A stretch of 63,996 nt of DNA, filler included, from Octopus bimaculoides (lineage: Eukaryota): the NCBI RefSeq assembly GCF_001194135.2. It is 6 parts of 6 records of this genome, joined end to end, with 100 filler letters (N's around TTAATTAATTAA, not from the genome) between each part and the next. Parts side by side here need not be neighbours in the genome. Positions count along the whole stretch, not along the records: positions 1 to 21,676 come from NC_069003.1; positions 21,777 to 38,814 come from NC_068992.1; 4 more parts are not named here. One strand, 5' to 3'. The position numbers were made by a program, and so were the translations under genes. Shown here piece by piece: positions 12,012 to 23,754 of the stretch. Numbering within the stretch: position 1 is the stretch's first letter; every line of letters begins with the position of its first letter. Below the pieces are notes generated by a model. The model was not told the DNA's origin, did no database searches, and was given only the letters and a program-made list of their open reading frames with translations.

Positions 12012-12430
12012 TCTTTTATTCGTTTCAGTCATTTGACTGCAGCCATGTTGGAGCACCGCCTTTAGTCGAGCAAATCGACTCCAGGACTTATTCTTTGTAA
12101 ACTGACCTCAGCAGAATTTGAACTTGAAACGTGAAGTCGGACGAAATGCCACTAAGCATTTTGCCCAGTATGCTAACCATTCTATCTGTTTGACAACTTA
12201 ACACAGAGAATAATATTGATTTCAGATTTTGGCACAAGGCCAGCAAATTCAAAGAATCGGGTGGAAAGCTGATTACATCAACCCCAGTACTCAACTGGTA
12301 CTTAATTCATATCGACCCCCGAAGGATGAAAGGCAAAATCGACCTCGGCGGAATTTGAACTCAGAGTGTAAAGACAGACGAAAATCTGCTAAGTATTTTG
12401 CCTGGTACGGTAACGATTCTGCCAACTTGC
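12012..12430 (-). mobile_element. SINE A tail plus two SINE family D pieces
   Basis: Family D reads on minus as a tRNA-like head (gagttcaaattccgccgaggtcga) then tttgcctttcatccttcgggggtcga and aagtaccagt; homologous to 38470-38690. Confidence 0.8.
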
Positions 12431-12691
12431 TCTTCTCTACCTGACATATCAATAATATTCATCATGGTAGCAGCTACTTGAAGAATGAAGAAGACATATC
12501 AATCCATCGTTCCATTAATCCTGTACCTCTCAACCATTTTTCGCCCTCTGGACCACTTTGATTCCTATCTTACTCAAATAGATCTTCAATGTTTAAAAAA
12601 TCCCATTCTTTTATTATTTTTATTCTTTTATTCATTTCAACCCTAAGGCTGTGGCCATGCTGGATATTGTATTTAAAAAATTGTTGAAATA

Positions 12692-13607
12692 TTGGGTCAT
12701 CTCATAAATGTGGTTTTTTCAATTGCTTGAACTAAAAGTCGGAGGGGAATGGGATAAACTACCCGCATCAACTTGCTATAAAAGCAGGTAGTAATTTTAC
12801 CTTGTCCTTATTCTTAGTGCAAGTTTTGAAGAGTACGGTTCGATTTTAATAGTTATTTTTCCAAAGCTATAATGGAAGTGACAAAGGAGCATATTTGGCA
12901 TATTTTGCTTTATGAGTTCAATAAAGGTAATAACGCAATTGAAAGTGCAAGGAATATTAATGCAGTATATGGGGATCAGACAATAAGCATAAGCCAGTGT
13001 CAATGTTGACACCAGAAATTCCGAGCTGGAAACTACAACCTAGAAGATGGGCTTCATCTTGGAAGATCTGTAGAGCTCGACGAGGACAACCTGCAAACCC
13101 AGAGGAACAAAATCCCATCGTAACTGTTGAGGAACTAGCAGAGAAGCTTGGGTTTGGTAATTCAACCATTCAACTTAAGTCAGTACTAGAAGAAAAACGG
13201 CCATCTTTGGTTTCAAGACGAATGTTGTACTTAAATTAGGATAATGCTCGGCTACATATAACAAAGATGACATTCCAAAGGCTGGAGCATTTTGAATGGG
13301 AAACGATGCCCCACCCACCGTATTCGCCGGACATTGCCCCATCTGATCATCATTTATTCCACACTCTTGAAAATAATTTGGACAGGAAAAATATGAATGA
13401 TGTAGACAAGGTCAGAACAGTACTGGAAGAGTATTTTTCGTCGTGGACAAATGAATTTTGGAGAAAGGCCCTTGCAAGTCTACCAGATAAATGGAAAAGC
13501 ATTGTAGAAAATGAAGGAGAGTATATTTTAGATTAAAAAAGACTTTGTTTATCTTAATTTTGAAAAATAGAGGTATAAAAACCTGCATTATCTATGGGAT
13601 GATCCAA
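12692..13607 (+). mobile_element. Internally deleted mariner with both TIRs and TA flanks
   Basis: Left ta|ttgggtcatctcataaatg, right cattatctatgggatgatccaa|ta; ORF 13267-13536 WETMPHPPYSPDIAPSDHHLF...WKSIVENEGEYILD. Confidence 0.9.
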
Positions 13608-13639
13608 TATTTTTGTATTTTAGAAGTATAGCCAAATTA

Positions 13640-14070
13640 TCAATCATCAATCAACCAATCATAAATCAATCAATCATCAATCATCAATCAACCAATCATC
13701 AATCAACCAATCATCAATCATTTAATCAACCAATCAATCATCAATCTACCAATCATCAATCAATCACCAATCAACCAATCATCAATCAACCGATCATCAA
13801 TCATCAATCAACCAATCATCAATCATGAATCAACCAATCGTCAATCAATCAACCAATCATCAATCGTCAATCAATCAACCAATCATCAATCATCAATCAA
13901 TCAACCAATCATCAATCGTCAATCATGAATCAATCAATCATCAATCAACCACAATCACCCTCAATCCAATAATCGATCAACCAATGAATTCATCATCAAT
14001 CCATCACTCAATCAATCCATCAATCAATCCACCGTCAATCTGTCCACAATCAGTCAATCTATCAATCAAC
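13640..14070. repeat. Degenerate (ATCA/ACCA)n tetranucleotide satellite abutting an exon donor
   Basis: About 430 bp of aatc/aacc/atcg units ending about 30 bp from the donor at 14097. Confidence 0.9.
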
Positions 14071-14097
14071 GACAGCATATGTTATAATTAACCATAC

Positions 14098-14362
14098 CTG
14101 AGGGCTTTCCAAACTGAGATAAACCAGGTGTTCTAAAGTCATTGAGAAACATTCAGCTTCTAATGAACCGCTCAACAAATGTTCACTGTAACCTTCCAGC
14201 ATGTCCTTAAAACTGCTCTTGGCATTATCGAATTCCTCTTTCAACAGATAGCAGTGAGCAATTGCATGAATGACATTCATCTTTCCGGTGTAGTTTGGGT
14301 TTATCTGGTTGTAGATAGCCAAAGCCTCATGATAAAATGTCAGGGCGTTGGTGATTTGTTGC
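14098..14362 (-). CDS. TPR-like protein, internal exon (phase 2 to 0)
   Basis: Acceptor tattccag|G, donor CAG|gtatgg, 265 nt, open frame QQITNALTFYHEALAIYNQINPNYTGKMNVIHAIAHCYLLKEEFDNAKSSF...ESPQ with TPR-like A-x-x-x-Y/F-x-x-A-L and A-x-x-Y motifs. Confidence 0.8.
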
Positions 14363-14409
14363 CTGGAATATGATGACCATAGTGGTTCAATGGTAAGATC
14401 GAGTCCAAA

Positions 14410-14692
14410 GTGGTGGTGGTGGTGGTGGTAGCGATAATATTACAGGTGGCAGTGAGAGGTGGTGGGGATGATGATGGTGATGGTGATAGTGATAGTGATG
14501 GTGGTGGTGGTGGAGGTGGTGATTGTCATGTCACTGGTGGTAATGGCAGTGATAGTAATTATGGTGGTGGTGGTGGCGACGTTGGTGGTGATTTTGGCAT
14601 TAATGATGGTGCAGGTTGGAGTAGTAGTGATGATGGTGGTGGTAATAGTAATAGGAGCAGCGGCAGTGGTGGTGGTGGTGGTGGTGGTGGTG
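14410..14692. repeat. Cryptic (GGT/GAT)n trinucleotide tract
   Basis: Direct inspection; runs into a gap. Confidence 0.9.
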
Positions 14693-15714
14693 NNNNNNNN
14701 NNNNNNNNNNNNNNNNNNNNNNNNNNNNNNNNNNNNNNNNNNNNNNNNNNNNNNNNNNNNNNNNNNNNNNNNNNNNNNNNNNNNNNNNNNNNNNNNNNNN
14801 NNNNNNNNNNNNNNNNNNNNNNNNNNNNNNNNNNNNNNNNNNNNNNNNNNNNNNNNNNNNNNNNNNNNNNNNNNNNNNNNNNNNNNNNNNNNNNNNNNNN
14901 NNNNNNNNNNNNNNNNNNNNNNNNNNNNNNNNNNNNNNNNNNNNNNNNNNNNNNNNNNNNNNNNNNNNNNNNNNNNNNNNNNNNNNNNNNNNNNNNNNNN
15001 NNNNNNNNNNNNNNNNNNNNNNNNNNNNNNNNNNNNNNNNNNNNNNNNNNNNNNNNNNNNNNNNNNNNNNNNNNNNNNNNNNNNNNNNNNNNNNNNNNNN
15101 NNNNNNNNNNNNNNNNNNNNNNNNNNNNNNNNNNNNNNNNNNNNNNNNNNNNNNNNNNNNNNNNNNNNNNNNNNNNNNNNNNNNNNNNNNNNNNNNNNNN
15201 NNNNNNNNNNNNNNNNNNNNNNNNNNNNNNNNNNNNNNNNNNNNNNNNNNNNNNNNNNNNNNNNNNNNNNNNNNNNNNNNNNNNNNNNNNNNNNNNNNNN
15301 NNNNNNNNNNNNNNNNNNNNNNNNNNNNNNNNNNNNNNNNNNNNNNNNNNNNNNNNNNNNNNNNNNNNNNNNNNNNNNNNNNNNNNNNNNNNNNNNNNNN
15401 NNNNNNNNNNNNNNNNNNNNNNNNNNNNNNNNNNNNNNNNNNNNNNNNNNNNNNNNNNNNNNNNNNNNNNNNNNNNNNNNNNNNNNNNNNNNNNNNNNNN
15501 NNNNNNNNNNNNNNNNNNNNNNNNNNNNNNNNNNNNNNNNNNNNNNNNNNNNNNNNNNNNNNNNNNTATTCTATCAGTCTCTTTTGCTGAACAGCTAAGT
15601 TACAGGGACGTATGCACACTAACACCAGTTGTCAAGTAGTGACGGGGGACAAACACAGTCACAAAGACACACACAGGTAGACACATATACACATACATAC
15701 ATATCTGGAAGACA

Positions 15715-16200
15715 TGGGACGAAGTACTGAGGAATGACCTCAGGATGCTGAAACTGACATAGGACCAAGATGCTTGGGGCCTTGTTGTACTCTAGAAGAC
15801 CCATACTCTGCACCAGAGGTGTTAAGGCCAATTCTTCTGGTGGTGTAAAGCACTCTTGTTTATATATGTTCCTCACCATCATCATTTAATGTCCATTGTC
15901 TATGCTGGTGTGGATTGGACACAGTTTAACCCGAGCTAACATGCTGGGGAGCTGCACCAGACTCCAGTCTGATTTGGCATGGTTTCTATAGCTGGATGCC
16001 CTTCCCAACACCAACCACTTCACAGATGTGCTGGTTGCTTTTACATTGCACCACACGGGTACTTTTACGTGGAACCATATGGGCGCTATTACATGACACT
16101 GCACAGTTGCTTTGATATGGTACCACCACAAGTGTTTTGCACCACCAGAAGGATCAATCTTAACACTTCTGCAGCAGAGTATGGCTCTTCTTGAGTACGG
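15715..16200. mobile_element. Two RTE fragments facing each other (ORF C-terminus on +, 3' UTR on -)
   Basis: KTWDEVLRNDLRMLKLT on + at about 15710-15760; catcatcatttaatgtccattg...ggatgcccttccc on - from 15875. Confidence 0.7.
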
Positions 16201-16654
16201 CAAAGTGCCGGGGCTCTCTGTGTTTAATCCAGCCCTTGTGCTAAGCCTTTGTATCTAGCTACCACACATGTGGCATTAAGTTTCTTACATCTTGTTGACT
16301 CTATGTGGAGAATTTTGTAATTCAGGACCAACTTGAGCAGCATAAATAAAATTATGTTTAACTTTTGGAATAGTGTTTGTCTAAACTACACACAGCCACA
16401 CATTCACAATCAACCATTTACTTACATTTGCAAATGCACTCAGTTAATCTGGTTGGTCAGACAAAACTACTTCCATTCTCAAATGCACTCAACCAATGAG
16501 GCTGATCTAACCAAAGTACTTACATTCTCAAATACACATGACCAATGTAATGCAATACCAAGGACGTGTTCATGTGTAGCCATCTATGCTTCTTTTGGAT
16601 ATCCTTGGCACTGAGCAGGAGTTGTAGTGCTTTACCTGGAGGAAGAAGGAGAAA

Positions 16655-17325
16655 TATTAACTTCAAATTTTGGCACAAGGCCAGCAATTTCGGGGAGAGG
16701 GTAAGTTGATTACATCAACCCCAGTGTTTGACTGGTACCTACTTTATTGACCCCGAAAAGATGAAAGGTAAAGTCATGTTGGTTGTATGAAATATGGGTT
16801 TCAAATTATGGCACAGGGTGAGCAAGTTCAGGGGAGGTGGGTAAATCAATTACATTGACCCCAGTATATAACTGGTACTTATTTTATTGACCTCAAAATG
16901 ATGAAAAGCAAGTCGATTATCTCGACCCCAGTGCATAACTGGTACTTATTTAATCGACCCCGAAAGAATGAAAGGCAAAGTCGACCTTGGCGGGATTTGA
17001 ACTCAGAATGTAGCGGCAGATGAAATACTGCTAAGCATTTTGCCCAGCATGCTAACATTTCTGCCAGCTCATCATCATAGTAACGTTTCTTAATTGTTTA
17101 TTGCCCACAAGGGGCTAAACATAGAGTGGACAAACAAGGACAGAGAAAGGGATTAAGTCGATTACATCGACTCCAGTGCGTAACTGGTACTTAATTTATC
17201 GACCCCAAAAGGATGAAAGGCATGGTTGACCTGGGTGGAATTTGAACTCAGAACCTAACAGCAGACGAAATACTTCTAAGCATTTTGCCCAGCATGCTAA
17301 CGTTTCTGCCAGTTTGTCACCTTAA
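16655..17325 (-). mobile_element. Head-to-tail cluster of four SINE family D copies or fragments
   Basis: Unit gattacatc(a/g)accccagt...actggtact...gacccc...aaggatgaaagg recurs at about 16700, 16850, 16920 and 17160; two different tails. Confidence 0.85.
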
Positions 17326-17716
17326 GAAGTAGAAATATTAATAAAGAAAACAAGCAGATATTTTAAGTAGTTTTAGATTTTACTTACAACTTCAAAATAT
17401 GTACTTACTGTGTTTGCCAAAGTTTCGAGATAATAAATTTGCTACATTACTGTATGATATCACAGATTCCTTGGGGTTTACGGTAACAATTTTCAATCTT
17501 TCACTAAGTGAAGCATTATAGAATTCGAATGCTTTGTGATATTGTGAACCATCTGTTGAAAGAAAAAATGAAATAATATAAATAATTTGTAGTGAATGAA
17601 GGACGGTCTATTTTGGTTGTCACATATTAGCACAGTAGTTCTACGGAAACTTCAGCCAATTAAAACTGGCTGTGGGTTAATACAAACAGTAGCTTCCACC
17701 CAGTAGTTTTTCATAC

Positions 17717-17798
17717 CTTTTTTCAGTAGTTAGCTGGCAGTTAGCTGAAGACTTTGTTTGGGGGCAACAGCTATTCTTGGTCAGTCGTTGGAAGGACG
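17717..17798 (-). CDS. TPR-like protein, probable small internal exon (phase 1 to 2)
   Basis: Acceptor attagattccag|CG, donor AG|gtatga, 82 nt, SFQRLTKNSCCPQTKSSANCQLTTEK; its phases bridge exon 20349-20240 (ends phase 1) to exon 14362-14098 (starts phase 2). Weak pyrimidine tract; a true exon could instead lie in a gap. Confidence 0.55.
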
Positions 17799-18499
17799 CT
17801 GGAATCTAATAGTATTTCTTCAATATGAACAACTGTTTATTTCACTAACTTAGCACAAAATAATGTATTCCCTCAACATAAATATACTATGTACCATTAT
17901 ATTATAATACTATTTTCCTTGAATATAAATATACTATATACAGTACTAATATATTATTATAATAATTATTTACCTTGAACTTAAATATTCTGATAATAAT
18001 ATAGTATTAATATATAATTATGTCCCTAACTCAAAATCCTGATGTGTGCCAGCCATTCTGAGTTCAGATTTGGAATCAGTGTACTCAATTTAGTTTAGGG
18101 AAACAACTGAGTGGTAAGTTCTAAGCTAAGAACAAACAATTCTAGAGAAAAACATTGATAAGATTCTTCATTTTGTAATCCAGTGGGTGTTACAAACATT
18201 AGGTTTACATGGATGACTCATGAATGGACAACAAGTTCAGTGGAAAATTTAATCCCCAGTTAGGTGTTCTCCATCTCTTTGACATCATCCTTTTCAACCC
18301 TTTCATACTAACCTAACAAAAACCACTCCTAATTCTATGATACAAAATTCCTGTTTTAAAGAGATCTTAATTAAAAGATTTCATCAAGACTTTTAGATAG
18401 TTTATGGTTCAAACACCAGCTTAGTAATGACAAAGTTATTTTACTAAATTCTTTGTTATTTTCAAAATTGATTTAAATGAATGCACTGATTAAACACAG

Positions 18500-18722
18500 A
18501 CACACAAGCACACACATACAAACATGCATGCACATGCACACACACACACACACGCATACAAATATATGGCTTCTTTCAATTTCCGTCAACCACATCCACT
18601 CACAAATTGACTTTGGTTGGATCAGGGCCATAGTAAAAAAAACAAGCTGCCCAAGGTGCCATGCAGTGGGACTGAACACAAGACCATGTGATTGGGAAAC
18701 AAAATTCTTAACCATACAGCCA
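18500..18722 (-). mobile_element. SINE family A, 5' half
   Basis: Reverse complement of the family A head and body. Confidence 0.75.
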
Positions 18723-19175
18723 AACCAGAAAGTAACAAAATATTTAAGGAAAAGAAAGGGGGGCTGTTGGTACCATACTTACTCCTTTCGTAATTAACAC
18801 CCATTGTATTCAACATTTTAGATAAAACAAGAGTATTCATGACTGATATTTCCTTTAAGTTTTCTTTCAATANNNNNNNNNNNNNNNNNNNNNNNNNNNN
18901 NNNNNNNNNNNNNNNNNNNNNNNNNNNNNNNNNNNNNNNNNNNNNNNNNNNNNNNNNNNNNNNNNNNNNNNNNNNNNNNNNNNNNNNNNNNNNNNNNNNN
19001 NNNNNNNNNNNNNNNNNNNNNNNNNNNNNNNNNNNNNNNNNNNNNNNNNNNNNNNNNNNNNNNNNNNNNNNNNNNNNNNNNNNNNNNNNNNNNNNNNNNN
19101 NNNNNNNNNNNNNNNNNNNNNNNNNNNNNNNNNNNNNNNNNNNNNNNNNNNNNNNNNNNNNNNNNNNNNNNNNNN

Positions 19176-19290
19176 NTGCACTAAGTGTGTGAATTTCAGA
19201 GGGAAATATGTTGAATAAAATCATAATTAACTGATCCTCCTGTATTTTCTTTTGCTCAAAGCCAGGAACTTCTCAGCACCCCCTCATGTG
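19176..19290 (+). mobile_element. Mariner-derived MITE, right end (same family as 54298-54517)
   Basis: agggaaatatgttgaataaaatcataattaactg...aaagccaggaacttctcagcaccccctc is shared with 54430-54517. Confidence 0.65.
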
Positions 19291-19734
19291 CATACACTTA
19301 ACAACCACATGACAGAATCTATAATGTAGTCTTCAGATTTGCATACATGGTACATGTAGGGCTATGGGTCTGTGGATTGTACCTCGTCTTGCAGTCGGTT
19401 TACCTACATGTCAGAGATGCACATAGTCAGGAGACAGGCTTCTGACTAAGCAACAACAACAACAACAACAACACCATCAGCATGTAGTCTGATGGTGTCA
19501 GAATAAAAGACGAGATTTGACACATATTTGGTGACAGGTCTACTGGATTAGGGGTTAACTTGGGGTTAAATAACAAACAACTATCATGAGGAACCAAAAC
19601 CACAACCACAATGATAACCACCACCACCACCACCACTACTACTCTTACACATCTTCTCATGCATGGCAATTACTTTTATTTTCCCCCCTTTTTGAGTCAT
19701 GCCAACTAATAAAGGCCAGTTTCCCTGTTTCTAA

Positions 19735-19905
19735 GGCGTACCTATCTCTCACCTGGATGGGACACCAGTCCATCACAGGATTACTTGTTTTTGCCGGCTG
19801 AGTGGACTGGAGCAATGGAAAAAAAGGAACTGTTTTGTTCAAGAGCACAACACATCACCCAGTTCAGGAATCGAAACCACAATCTTATGATCATGAGTCT
19901 AACAC
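19735..19905 (-). mobile_element. SINE family C fragment
   Basis: Reverse complement of the head and core of 2204-2350. Confidence 0.6.
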
Positions 19906-20239
19906 TAAGACCCGCACCTCCACTCATCGCAACTATTACCAGACACAAACCACATTCTGTCACATATTACACATAACCACAAATCAACAAAGAAGCCTTT
20001 ATGTGGTTACTCAACTTGCTAAAAATAGATAGCATCATAATTTCCCCTGCAGATCACTGCCTTATTAATAAAAGGGCACATTAGACAATGTACCCCATGT
20101 TTCCCTACACATAGGGAAAAGGTAGACTTTTTATAGCTGGTCGATGTTTGATCATAGATCTGTTCTACAAGTGTTGACCTGGGACCAAATAAAACCACCA
20201 CCACCATCACCAACTTGAGAGACATAATACAGTTATTAC

Positions 20240-20349
20240 CAACGAATGAAAGCTGGTAGGCCAGGGTAGAGGCACATTTGATCTTTGCATCCTTCACCAT
20301 TTGTGGGCTCGCATCAGTAATGGTCATGTTGTAACCCTTTTCTGCAAAA
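20240..20349 (-). CDS. TPR-like protein, internal exon (phase 2 to 1)
   Basis: Acceptor ttgttcatcag|T, donor G|gtaata, 110 nt, FAEKGYNMTITDASPQMVKDAKIKCASTLAYQLSFV; splicing to the upstream exon gives the TPR-like junction EAL-N-FAEKGY. Confidence 0.7.
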
Positions 20350-20849
20350 CTGATGAACAAAATCAAGTAATTATCATCATCATCATCATCAACATTGATA
20401 CTACCACCACCACCACCTTCATCATCATCATTATCATCATTGTCAGTATCACTAACATTATATTCCTCATCAACACATGAATTCATAGGGGTCCAAATGT
20501 AACCCCTTCTTTATTATATTTCTGTTAAAATGCACTGCCTTTGTTTCAATTAATTTTGAAAATAATGAAGAATTTCATAGAATAACTTCGGAACATAAAT
20601 TAAGAGGAAATTTTTAGAGATGGGAAATCATAATTTTGATTAATTATGATGAAATTTTGATAAAATGCTTTAATTTTCATAAAATGTTTTAATTTTGATC
20701 GTACTAATTTTGAGGAAGTTTTGACAAAATGTTTTTATTTTGATAAATTAAAAGGAAATTTTGACAGAATGTTTTATCAGAGCTTCTTTCTCCAGTTTGT
20801 ACTCCATTCTGTTGAGGGGTTTTATCTTGGAGATACTTGGTGATCTCAT

Positions 20850-21000
20850 TGGTGCTAGTGCCATGTAAAAAGAATCCCAGCTGCAAGACCATGCCAAAGC
20901 AGGCATAGAAGCTGGTGGAGCCCTCTGGCTTGTCTGTTCTGACCAAACTGTCCAACCCATGCCAGCATGGGAAAAGGCACATTAATGATGATGATGATGA
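20850..21000 (+). mobile_element. RTE 3' end with (GAT)n tail
   Basis: ccaacccatgccagcatgggaaaaggcacattaatgatgatgatg matches the other RTE tails. Confidence 0.7.
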
Positions 21001-21265
21001 TATTCAATTAACATAAATATATAAGTAATATAGGATCTAATATAATTAATAAGATGAGTATCATTAGTTAATTAGTGTGCACTATACTAAAGGACGAAAG
21101 TGGGAGTGAGAGAAAGTTAGAAATGAACGAGGAAGAAAGGAAAACAGAGAATAAGGTAAAAGAAGGTTGGGAGATAGTATAATAGATATAAGAGAGAGAG
21201 AGAGCGAGAGAGTGAAGTGAGTGGGCAGGAGGGAGGGAGATTTTCCTCTGACTTGTACAACATAC

Positions 21266-21413
21266 TTCAAGGCTTCCACATGATTGCCTCTCATATAAGC
21301 ATTGAGAGCCATACTATTGTACAGCAGCGCTTGTCGGTACTGGATGTTTCTTGATTTCAATACATCCAAAGCCTTCTCGTAGTGCACCATGGCTTCATTG
21401 TATCCTCCATAAC
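21266..21413 (-). CDS. TPR-like protein, most 5' exon visible (phase 1 to 2)
   Basis: Acceptor tttcttgtcttctacag|GT, donor AA|gtatgt, 148 nt, YGGYNEAMVHYEKALDVLKSRNIQYRQALLYNSMALNAYMRGNHVEAL, a typical TPR helix pair. Confidence 0.8.
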
Positions 21414-21676
21414 CTGTAGAAGACAAGAAAATATTCTGTGTTATAATGATGCCCAAAGTAATAGCAACACCACCACCAACAACAACAACAACATCAACAT
21501 CAACGGCAATATCTACAAACAATAAAAAGCAACAGACAACATCACTGGCAATGGTAGCCTCTACACAGTCACTCAAATTTGTCAGAAATAACAGCCAAAT
21601 TTCCCTCAAATCACACTGAGTTTTCTTACAAAAAGGAATATCACACTAGATGATGTAGTCCTAGATATACATAGCA

Positions 21677-21776
21677 NNNNNNNNNNNNNNNNNNNNNNNN
21701 NNNNNNNNNNNNNNNNNNNNTTAATTAATTAANNNNNNNNNNNNNNNNNNNNNNNNNNNNNNNNNNNNNNNNNNNN
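21677..21776. other. Artificial 100-bp spacer (44 N + TTAATTAATTAA + 44 N); same at 38815-38914, 51634-51733, 58119-58218, 62088-62187
   Basis: Identical geometry five times; the 12-mer puts TAA in all six frames, as expected of a join linker. Confidence 0.9.
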
Positions 21777-21838
<62 letters not shown>

Positions 21839-21952
21839 TCACACACATATGTATGTGAAATCAAATTTTTAAAAGTATTGTAGCTCACGAGACATTTATC
21901 AATTATATACACACACAAACGCACACACACGCACACACATACACAACACACG

Positions 21953-21992
<40 letters not shown>

Positions 21993-22442
21993 CATATATA
22001 TGTGTATATATATATATTTGCATATACGTGTATATATATGTTTTTATTTATTTCAGTCATTTTGACAGTGGCCATGCTGGAGCACCACCGAGACATATGT
22101 ATCTATGTATGTATGTATACATGTATGTGTGTGTGTGTGTGTGTGCATATGTGTGTATGTATGTATTTATGCATGTACGTACGTAATTTTTTGGTAGGGT
22201 CCTAGGTTATGCTTCATCACAGTTCCATATTGTAAATCCGTGGATGGTCTCCAATAAACTGTTAGTGATAAATAATAAGCAAGTTAAAAATAATGGTCAT
22301 TACATATAATTCCTTCATTTGAGCAAATTTGGCTTACAGCTGTTTCCAGTAGTCATTATAGGTACATTACTGATAGGTTCACTGAATTTGTGTATTGATC
22401 AATGGAGGCAAATTGAACGACCTAAGAAAATTAACTCTACAT

Positions 22443-22604
22443 TCGTCAGAGCCGTTTCTGGCTCTAACAAGCAGAGCCCTTGACGAATGCACACAATAAC
22501 CATTCCTCAATATTGCGTGCATTCCTCAAGATTGCGTGCATTCCTCAAGATTGCGTGCATTCCTCAAGTGCTCTGTTTGTTAGAGCTAGAAATGGCTCGG
22601 ACGA
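22443..22604. mobile_element. 162-bp MITE-like element with about 35-bp TIRs and an internal 19-bp tandem repeat
   Basis: Left tcgtcagagccgtttctggctctaacaagcagagc, right gctctgtttgttagagctagaaatggctcggacga (4 mismatches); interior (cattcctcaagattgcgtg) x3 plus a partial fourth. Confidence 0.7.
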
Positions 22605-22887
22605 CGATTATTTTTATCTTGGGTCTTACACACATACACACACAAACACACACACTCACACACGTACATATATATATATATANNNNNNNNNNNNNNNNNN
22701 NNNNNNNNNNNNNNNNNNNNNNNNNNNNNNNNNNNNNNNNNNNNNNNNNNNNNNNNNNNNNNNNNNNNNNNNNNNNNNNNNNNNNNNNNNNNNNNNNNNN
22801 NNNNNNNNNNNNNNNNNNNNNNNNNNNNNNNNNNNNNNNNNNNNNNNNNNNNNNNNNNNNNNNNNNNNNNNNNNNNNNNNNNNNNNN

Positions 22888-22930
<43 letters not shown>

Positions 22931-23723
22931 GCATATATACATACATACTTACATACCACAACATACATATACATGCACACATACACGTGTGTGTGTGTGT
23001 GTACTTTGGATGCAGTGGACATAAAATGAACGAAAACATGGGTGTGACAAATTTTAAAAAATGTATTAGCTTAATGCTTAAAAGAAAGGGGAAGAGTCAT
23101 GACGTTTTGGACACAAGTTCTTCACCAGAAAGAAAAATATAAGGAAACAAGTGAAAGAGGAGAGTGAAAAAAAAATAAGGATAGGTTGGCGGGAAATGCC
23201 GAACGAAAGTCTCTGAATGCCTATAGGGTGATGTTAAGACGGAAGGAGGAGCGGGTTGGGCGTATAGGAGTGTATCAGGTTATTAAGTTAAGCTTAGGAG
23301 TTGATCTGTGGAGTGTAAGTTTGTAGAGGTATGCAAGAGTTGGGGTGTAGTAAGGAGGGATAGAGGTAGTGTAGGATGCTGGTAATTATGTATAATCTTA
23401 TTGTGTGCAACGAAAGAGTAAATGTGAAGAGGTGGCAGCGGGGGCGATTCTTGGTGAAAAGAAAATGCAAGATGAATGTGGTAGGTATGGTAGATGTGCG
23501 TACAGGGAAACATTAGTTAGAAAGACTGTTTATACTGGCATACCACTGCGATGCCACTGCCGTACCATGCGATCATAGCCATAGCTAATGGTACTATAAA
23601 TGTACGTGGCGGTGGTGATGGGAAGAACATTATTCAGAAAAGTCACACTAGGCTATCCAAAGACATAGTCTTCGTTGACACGTTAACACCTATTAAGAGA
23701 GAATGATGTTTGTGAGTGCGTAC

Positions 23724-23754
<31 letters not shown>

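Noticed and set aside
13613-14091. I/N/Q/H-rich ORFs
   Set aside because: Translation of the (ATCA)n satellite, antisense within an intron.
21253-21265. Alternative donor CAA|gtcaga for the 5'-most TPR exon
   Set aside because: Gives phase 0, which matches no acceptor of the next exon; AA|gtatgt at 21265 is stronger and phase-compatible.
22200-22430. Possible upstream exons of the TPR gene
   Set aside because: Beyond an artificial linker, and no candidate ends in the required phase 1.
22500-22568. CRISPR-like array
   Set aside because: 19-bp units are contiguous with no spacers; eukaryotic context, no cas genes.
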